A stretch of DNA of 64,000 nucleotides. Origin: Eimeria praecox. Taxonomy: Eukaryota. The DNA is taken from assembly GCA_963920595.1 (NCBI GenBank), contig OY986949.1, positions 5,022,001-5,086,000 on the forward strand. Direction: 5' to 3'. Made by a program: the position numbers and the translations under genes. Under the pieces are notes generated by a model. That model was not told the origin of the DNA and ran no database searches. It worked only from the letters and a program-made list of their open reading frames with translations. Of this stretch, positions 55,038 to 64,000 are shown in pieces; within the stretch, counting starts at the first letter, position 1, and every line of letters starts with the position of its first letter.

Positions 55038-55905
55038 TTTGTTTGTTTGTTTGTTTGTTTGTTTGTTTGTTTAATTTGTTTATTTGTTTGTTTAAGACTG
55101 TGTTTTCTGTTCGTTTTTCTCTTTTTTATTTTTGTTTATTTAATTATTTATTTGTGTAATTCTCTGTTAAATACATTAATAGATTGATCATTAATATACT
55201 TAACTAACTATCTAATTAATTAATTATATACTTAATTAATTATATAATTAATTAGTTGTATACTTAATTAATTAATTATTTGTTTAATTAATTAATTACA
55301 TGATTCTCTACGTTTAATTAATTAATTAATTTAAACAAATAATTAATTGCTGAATAACCATCGAACTAATTAACTAATCGAATTAAATAACAACTTAATT
55401 AATTAATTAATTAATTAATTAAGTAATTAATTAAATAAATAAATAAATAAATAAATAATTAATTAATTAATTAATTAATTAATTAATTAATTATTTAATT
55501 ACTTAATTAATTAATTAATTAATTAATTAATTGCTTCAGTTAGATCTTAGCTCCTCCAATCAATACACTGCACCTAAAACAAAAATAAACAAACAAACAA
55601 AATAAATAAATAAACAAATAAAAACCTAAACAAACAAACACTCACAATAAATAAATAAATAAATAAACAGATAAATAAACAACTAAATAAAATAAGGATA
55701 TGTACGACCTCAACTCTATCTATGTGTGTTGTACGTACACCGTAAATTTCTTAGGATTGTTTGACGATGTGGGGGTTCTACAGCGAGAGAAAATACGTGG
55801 AGCCGCTAGCAAACGGAAGAACAATTATAACTACATTTGTTAAGACTTTGCCTCTAAAACAACAAACAGAAACACCCTCAGGCGTACAGATACAACAGAG
55901 GTCAG

Positions 55906-56002
<97 letters not shown>

Positions 56003-56619
56003 CTTGAGGCGGGGACTGCTCTTTGTTTGTTTTTATTGTATTGTTTGTTGTTGTTGTTGTTGTTGCTTGGTTTTCGTTGTTTTTCTCTAATTGCTTGTTT
56101 TTAATTGTTTGTTTTTGATTGATTATGTTTAATTGTTTGTAGTTTAGGTTCGACGTGTGCTGTTATTTGTTGTATCTTGTTGTGTTGTTGTCTGTCTTTC
56201 TCTGTCTGTCTTTTCGATTTGTTTTTGTTTTGTTTTTGTTTTGTTTTTCTTTTCTCTACATCTATCTAACTCTCTCTCTCTGTCTCTCTCTCTGTCTCTC
56301 TCTCTGTCTCTGTCTCTTTTTTGGAGCCGTGGGCTTAGGGTTTAGGGGTTAGGGTTTAGGGTTTAAAGTATAAGGTTTAGGGTTTAGGGTTTAGGGTTTA
56401 GGGTTTGTTGTTTGTGTTTAGAATTGATAATTTACTAACTGCAGTTCGTCTGCAGTTTGTGATGGCGAGGAGTAAATACGCAGATTTTGCGAGGGTTAGA
56501 TTTCTTCCTTCTGTTTATAAATAAATAAATATACATACAATAAACACATACAGCCGTATTTATATTCATAGATACACATATATAAAGATATATGCTTTTT
56601 TATATAAATATACGGCTAC

Positions 56620-56693
<74 letters not shown>

Positions 56694-57452
56694 TTTATTG
56701 CAAACGTCTGTGTGCTTGTCCAGTTCTGTTGTGTCTATTAAACAGAAAATCTTGTAAAGACAATAAAACCAACAACTCGTATAGGTGTAGTAATCGCAGA
56801 TATTGGGGGTGCTTTGTCTAGACCTTCTGTATTCATTTACGAGATATTTTTTAGATAACTTTGTTTTCTGTTTAGATGAATAAGTAGATATTAATGTGTT
56901 TAATTTATTGTATTAGTTAATATTTAGATTAATTTAATTTATTATTATACTTTTTTTGTCTTTGTTTTTTTCTTCTTAGGATCGTCTCTTGACACTTCAT
57001 GAGGCAGCCTATGCGATGTGTGCTTCCCATTTTCTTATGCATTTCTCTGCAAGTGTTGGTCATAGTTTTCCTCGTATAGAAGAAATTGTTAGACAATTTG
57101 GAGGTATGTAGATAGTATTATTTATTTAATTAAATAAATTAAATAAATAATAAATTCATTAATTATTAATTAATTATTAATTAATTATTAATTAATTAAT
57201 TATTAATTAATTAATTAAAAAAAAACTGTCTTGTTTTATTTTTTAAGTATATTTGATAGGATAGTCTTCTTGTATATTGGATATTAAGTACTTGTTATAT
57301 ATTGCTGTTTTGTTTGCTGGTTGTTTATATATTTATACAATTTAGTTTAATTTAATTTAATATTATTCGTTTTTGCTTTATTGTATTCTTCGTTCTTCTT
57401 TGATCTTCTTTCTTTCGCTTCTTGTTCTTCCCATATTATTATGTATTTATAT

Positions 57453-57526
<74 letters not shown>

Positions 57527-57644
57527 TGAGCTCTGTTGATCTTTGTTGCCTTTGTTACGCCTTTATTTTGCGTTTTTGTCTATCATTGTTTTATATTCGT
57601 TTTTTCTTTCCTCACTTACTACTTCTATTTGTATTTCTCTAATA

Positions 57645-57735
<91 letters not shown>

Positions 57736-57755
57736 GCATACACACGCACACACAC

Positions 57756-57826
<71 letters not shown>

Positions 57827-58183
57827 TATAGATATATCTTGTTTATTTAATTCAAGGCACACGTTTAACAATGCAAGAGATATACGAATTAAGAACGCGA
57901 TTGAAGACATGTCCCTTCTCCGAAGATTTAATATTTAAAGTTGTAGCAGAAAATGCAGAAATAGTTAAACAACTGTACGCGGAATTCGAGGTGAGCTGTA
58001 TGTACACCTGAAATAATAATTAAACAATAAATTAATATAGGAAGATGTAGATATTTTCAGAACATTTATTTTATGTTTTTTTGTTTATTTTGCATTCGCA
58101 GTTTTAGTGCTTTTTAGTGGTTATTCAAATTATACAACTCCTTTGGGTTCTATGTTTCTTTTGTTTCTTGCTTGGTGTATATG

Positions 58184-58225
<42 letters not shown>

Positions 58226-60080
58226 TAGATAGATAGATAGATAGATAGGTATAGATATAGATATATATCTATATAGATATATAGATGCATAGATATAGAT
58301 ATAGGTATATAGATATAGATATAGATATATAGATATATATAGATATAGATATAGATATAGATATAGATATAGATATAGATATAGATATAGATATAGATAT
58401 AGATATAGATATAGATATAGATATAGATATAGATATAGATATACCTACATCTCTCTCTCTCTCTCTGTCTCTGTCTGTCTCTGTGTCTGTCAGGGACTAC
58501 ACAGCCCTCGCGTAAGGCGTCGTGCGTATAAAGAAGAGTGCGATTTAAAGGAGAGCATAGAACGACTTGAGATGAAGGAGAGTGTGTTGGTATTAAATCG
58601 TTTTCGTTTATTTAATAAAAGTATTTTGCGGACTAATTTTTATATGCATTTTAAACAAGGCTTTGCTTATCGTTTAAGAGGAGATATACTCCCTTCCTCA
58701 GATTTTCCTACTCTTCCCCATCCTATCTTCTTTCAAATCTCGGGTGTGTCTGTGGGGCTACATATGCTATTCGAACAAGTCTCACGAGGCGGTGTACGTT
58801 TAGTAATATCTATCGGGAGTGCTTCGTTTGAAAAGAATAAAAATTCGTTATTAGATGAAGCATTTAAATTAGCTTATACACAACAGTTTAAAAATAAAGA
58901 TATTGCTGAAGGAGGTTCAAAAGGTATAATTTTATTAAATAAAACAAATAGTTTAGAGGAAGCAAAAACCCTGGCGCCGTTAGCTTTCAAAGCATATATA
59001 GACAAGTTAGTATTATATTATATATGCTTTCTTCTTTTATTTCTAGTGGATTATTTAATTATTATTAATTTATTAATTAATTAATTAATTAATTAATTAA
59101 TTAATTAATTAATTAATTAATTAATTATTATGTTTAAACAGAAAGAAAAAGAAAAGAAAAACGACGGAGACAGAGGGGGAGAGGGAGAGGGAGACGGCGT
59201 CTTGTTTATATTTTATGTTTATATTTTATGTTTATATTTTATGTTTATATTTTATGTTTATATTTTATGTTTATATTTTATGTTTATATTTTATGTTTAT
59301 ATTTTATGTTTATATTTTATGTTTATATTTTATGTTTATATTTTATGTTTATATTTTATGTTTATATTTTATGTTTATATATTATGTTTATATTTTATGT
59401 TTATATTTTATGTTTATATTTTATGTTTATATTTTATGTTTATATATTATGTTTATGTTTTGTGTTTATATTTTATGTTTATATTTTATGTTTATATTTT
59501 ATGTTTATATTTTATGTTTATATATTATGTTTATGTTTTGTGTTTATATTTTATGTTTATATTTTATGTTTATATTTTATGTTTATATTTTATGTTTATA
59601 TTTTATGTTTATATTTTATGTTTATATTTTATGTTTATATTTTATGTTTAGATTTTGCGTTTATATATTATGTTTATATTTTATGTTTATATATTATGTT
59701 TGTATGTATGTATGTTTATATTTTATGCTTATATATTATGTTTATATGTTTATATATTATGTTTATATATTATGTTTATATGCTTATATATGATGTTTAT
59801 ATATTATGTTTATATATTATGGTGTTGTTTCATGTTGATATATTATGTTTGTGTATTATGTTTATATTTTATGTTTATATTTTATGTTTATATATTATGT
59901 TTATATTTTATGTTTATATATTATGTTTATATATTATATTTATCTATTATGTTTATTTGTATATGTGTATGTATGCATGTGCGTATACACCCTAAACACA
60001 TATATGGTATATAAGCAAGTAATCAAATTTAATGTTTAATTTAGATAATGATGAGGAGGAGGAGTGTGTCTTAGATATTT

Positions 60081-60159
<79 letters not shown>

Positions 60160-60359
60160 GGGTTTGTTGCTTTATTACATTCTGCATGTATTTTCGTCTT
60201 TGCTTATTTTGTTTTTCTTTCTCTGCTTTTTTTAATTTTAATTTTTTTAATTTATGTTTTTATATTTTATTATATTTGTTGTTTTTCTCTGTTTGTTTTT
60301 TTGTTTTTGTTTTAATAATTTAGATTTGTTGTATGCTCGCATATATATATTATATTATA

Positions 60360-60416
<57 letters not shown>

Positions 60417-61417
60417 TATGGCATATATATTAAATATAGTTTTATTATAGTTTATATCTTTCTCTTTTTATTTTTTGTTTGTTTGTTTCTTTTTTTTTTT
60501 ATTTTAGTATGTTTAGAGTTTTTGTTTTTTTATGTATTTGCGCGTTTGTTTACTTTGTTTCTGCTTTTAACGCCATTAATTTAATTAATTTTATTGTTTT
60601 TGTTTTATTTTATTTTTTTGTTTTATTAATTTAATTATTTTTATTGTTTTGTTTTATTTTTTTCTTTCTTTTATTTTTTTTTTCTACTAGTTTAATTAAC
60701 TTTATTGTTTTTGTTTTATTTTTTTTATATCTATTTTTTTATTTTATTAATTTAATTAATTTTATTGTTATTGTTTTATTATTTTATTTTGTTTTTATTT
60801 TTTTATTTTAGTATGTTAGATTTGTTGTTGCCTCATCACGATGTGGCGGATGGCTCTGGCATTTCGGAGGTTTGGTTCTTAGGGCCAGACGAAAACACGG
60901 GTTAGAAAACCCTAAACCCTAAACCCTAAACCCTAAACCCTAGACCCTAAACCCTAAGCCCTAAACCCTAGACCCTAAACCCTAAACCCTAGACCCTAGA
61001 CCCTAAGTCCTAAATCCTAAGCCCTAAATCCTAAGCCGTAAATCGTAAACCCTAAACCCTAAACCCTAAACCCTAGACATACACTGCACGTAATATCTAA
61101 ATCTAAATAAACAGTCTTCCTTACCAACTACGACTACATTAAAATCTATTAATCTATATCTGTATCTCTCTATCTATATATGCATATATCTATCTACGTG
61201 TATATATATATATATATGTATATATGCAAATTATATTTATTTTTATTTATATGCATAAATGTATCTGTCTATCTATCTATCTATATCTATATCTATCTAT
61301 ATCTATCTATCTATCTATCTATCTACATATATACCTATATATATCTATATCTATATATCTATATATATCTATATCTATATATCTATATATATCTATATCT
61401 TTATCTGTCTATCTATA

Positions 61418-61483
<66 letters not shown>

Positions 61484-61652
61484 GGTACTGGTGGTTTATT
61501 AGACTGGGCTAGCGAGCGAGCAAAGGAACGGGGTTCAAAATTTTGGAATGCGTTTGCTACGGGGAAACAAATGAAGAGAGGAGGAATACCACACGATTGT
61601 TTTGGAATGACCACGGCCAGTGTAGAGACTTTCGTTAAGGGTTAGGAGTTAG

Positions 61653-61731
<79 letters not shown>

Positions 61732-61813
61732 GTATGGTTTGATGGTGGTGGTGTTGTAGGATTAGGGGGGGGGGGTGGTGTTGTTGTTGTTATTGTTGTT
61801 ATTGTTGTTATTA

Positions 61814-61851
<38 letters not shown>

Positions 61852-61931
61852 GGATTACTATTATTATTATTATTACCATTATTATTATTATTAGTAGTAG
61901 TAGTATTAATTCTTGTTAATATTAATATTAA

Positions 61932-61975
<44 letters not shown>

Positions 61976-62417
61976 GTTGTTGTTTTTTTATTGTTTATGT
62001 TAGTGTTTTAGTTTTGTGTTGGGTGGCGGGTTTGTTTGTGTTGTTGTTTTGTTGCTGTTGTTGATAAGGGTTAGGTCTGTTAGTAGTATTATATTATTAT
62101 TATTATTTTTATTATTTTTATCTTTATTATTATTGTTTGTTGTTTGTTGTTTGTTGTTTGTTGTTTGATTTTGTTTATATTTATATATTTATTATTATTT
62201 TATGTTTTTTTATATTTATTTTATTATGATGAAACTTAAGACTGAGTGATAGTGTAAACACAGTTGTTAAGAATGTAATACAATAAATAAAGTTTAACTT
62301 TATTTATTGTATTATATTCTAGTATGTTATTATATTTGGTTATATATATATATATGTATGGGATAGTTTAACTATATTTATTGTATTATATTCTAATATA
62401 TTATTATATTTAATTGA

Positions 62418-62474
<57 letters not shown>

Positions 62475-62923
62475 TCTAATATATTTATGTTTAAGGTTCT
62501 TCACGTTCTATGTGTAGATATAAAATATATTTAGAAGAATATATCAACAATTATAATATCTAATAATTATATTATATATATAATTACAATAAAATAAAAT
62601 AAAATAGTAATAATAATAATAATATTAATATTAATATTAATATTAATATTAATATTAATATTAATATTAATATTAATATTAATATTAATATTAATATTAA
62701 TATTAATATTAATATTAATATTAATATTAATATTAATATTAATATTAATATTAATATTAATATTAATATTAATATTAATATTAATATTAATATTAATATT
62801 AATAATAATAATAATAATAAAATAAGTAGAAGCAAAAGAAGATTAAGGATAAATAAAATAGAGAAAAGTATAGAAACACGAATTTGGTATATGATGACTG
62901 GCTATCTGTTTATACTTTATATT

Positions 62924-62998
<75 letters not shown>

Positions 62999-63125
62999 TC
63001 TATTTATTTATTTATTCGTTCTTCTCTTCTCCTAAGGTCTGTATACATACATACATATCTACTTCTAGAATTAAATAGAAGAAATAACTAAACAAAACAA
63101 ACTAAATTATATATATATATATAGA

Positions 63126-63179
<54 letters not shown>

Positions 63180-63750
63180 ATACATGTTTTATAAATACAT
63201 AAATAATAAAAAAATAAACATAATACGGCAGTAGTAGAGATAGAATACAAATTAAATTAAATTTGAAATAGAACAAACAAATCACTAAAACTTTGTATTC
63301 ATACTTAGTTTTCTGTGTTTTACATACATGTTTTATTTTATTTTATTTTATTTTTTATTTTATTTTATTCTATTGTATCTTATTTATTTTATTTTATTTT
63401 TATTTTATTTTATTGTATTGTATGTTCTTTTCCTTTATTTTGTTTTTATTTTATTTTATTTTATTTTATTTTATTTTATTTTATTTTATTTTATTTTATT
63501 TTATTTTATTTTGTTTTTATTTTATTTTGTGTTTATTGTATTTCTTTTATTTATTTTATTATATTGTATGTTATATCTATTGTATTTATTAATCTAGGTA
63601 TATATAATAAATTAGATTTAAAAGAAGAAGATATAACACGAATACAGACAGGAGGGCCTGATGGGGATTTAGGTTGTAATGCTCTTCTTCAAACAAAATC
63701 AAAAACAATTGCAATTGTAGATGGATCTGGTGTTCTGTATGATCCTAAAG
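49543..63750 (+). CDS. Large NAD-specific glutamate dehydrogenase (GDH2-type), 5' part only; continues past the window end
   Basis: Exons 49543-50877, 51973-52077, 53300-53341, 54062-54089, 54513-54565, 55755-55900, 56422-56494, 56980-57103, 57857-57990, 58494-59005, 60812-60900, 61485-61640, 63598-63750, phase-consistent. Motifs [77 protein letters not shown]. Confidence 0.95.
59203..59945. repeat. (TTTATATTTTATG)n 13-bp minisatellite in a GDH intron, degenerating toward the 3' end
   Basis: Directly visible; it produces the [13 protein letters not shown] pseudo-ORFs in three frames. Confidence 0.95.
62621..62803. repeat. (AATATT)n self-complementary hexamer array in a GDH intron
   Basis: Directly visible, about 30 units. 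Confidence 0.95.
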
Positions 63751-64000
63751 GTAGAATAATATTATATATTTTATATTGTATTATATTATATTATATAATG
63801 TTATATTATATAATATATATGATAATATATTTATTATGTTTAGTATGTTTAGTATTTTTATTATTTTTATTTTTATTTAGTTTGTTTGGTTTTGACGATG
63901 TGGGGCCGCTCATGTAGTGTTTGATTCTTTGTTGCTGTTTAGTTGTTGTTGTTGTTGTTTTATATTTTTTTTATTATTTTAATTATTATTATTATTTTAA

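Larger units (their letters stand above)
36311..61076. repeat. Interstitial telomere-like (AAACCCT/GGGTTTA)n arrays, about 17 blocks, essentially all intronic
   Basis: Blocks near 36311, 36461, 37027, 39663, 40608, 40748, 40977, 41140, 41339, 41906, 42020, 42173, 42401-42568, 43226-43439, 44254, 56335, 60908. Confidence 0.95.
35186..64000. repeat. Repeat-rich (R-type) segment: dense CAG/CTG, AAACCCT, TA, TTTA, TTAA and TTTTA repeats
   Basis: Repeat density rises sharply from about 33.4-35.2 kb; matches the known alternating repeat-rich and repeat-poor organisation of Eimeria chromosomes. Confidence 0.9.

Noticed and set aside
59130..60039. Long hydrophobic ORFs ([13 protein letters not shown])n
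   Set aside because: Translation of a 13-bp intronic minisatellite. The same applies to all YIYI, FIYL and ILFY ORFs.
36311..61076. True telomere or chromosome end
   Set aside because: Arrays are short, occur in both orientations and lie in introns of housekeeping genes.

Overview
Eukaryotic, intron-rich DNA from a coccidian apicomplexan, almost certainly Eimeria (CAG/CTG runs, telomere-like AAACCCT/GGGTTTA arrays inside introns, TGCATGCA octamers, an ApiAP2 gene). The window crosses from a repeat-poor segment (about 1-33 kb) into a repeat-rich segment (about 35-64 kb). The ORF track is largely misleading because most genes are spliced, so I rebuilt them by hand from splice sites and reading phase. 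Eleven genes: PITH-domain protein, a secreted Gly/Tyr-rich plus Lys/Arg-rich protein, a DnaJ membrane protein, a FAM192A/Fyv6-like protein, an EML-like WD40 protein, a secreted LamG protein, an ApiAP2 (AP2+ACDC), a bifunctional ATP sulfurylase-APS kinase, anamorsin/Dre2, a GPR107/108-like 7TM protein, and a large NAD-glutamate dehydrogenase that runs off the right edge. The most interesting signals concern splicing: an apparent GA-AG intron, two likely GC-AG introns, copies of exon 3' ends plus donor 'echoed' inside introns of two genes, telomere-type arrays polarised at splice sites, and a dispersed and tandem 16-bp palindrome AGGTGTAYRTACACCT. All family calls come from motif recognition, not database searches.
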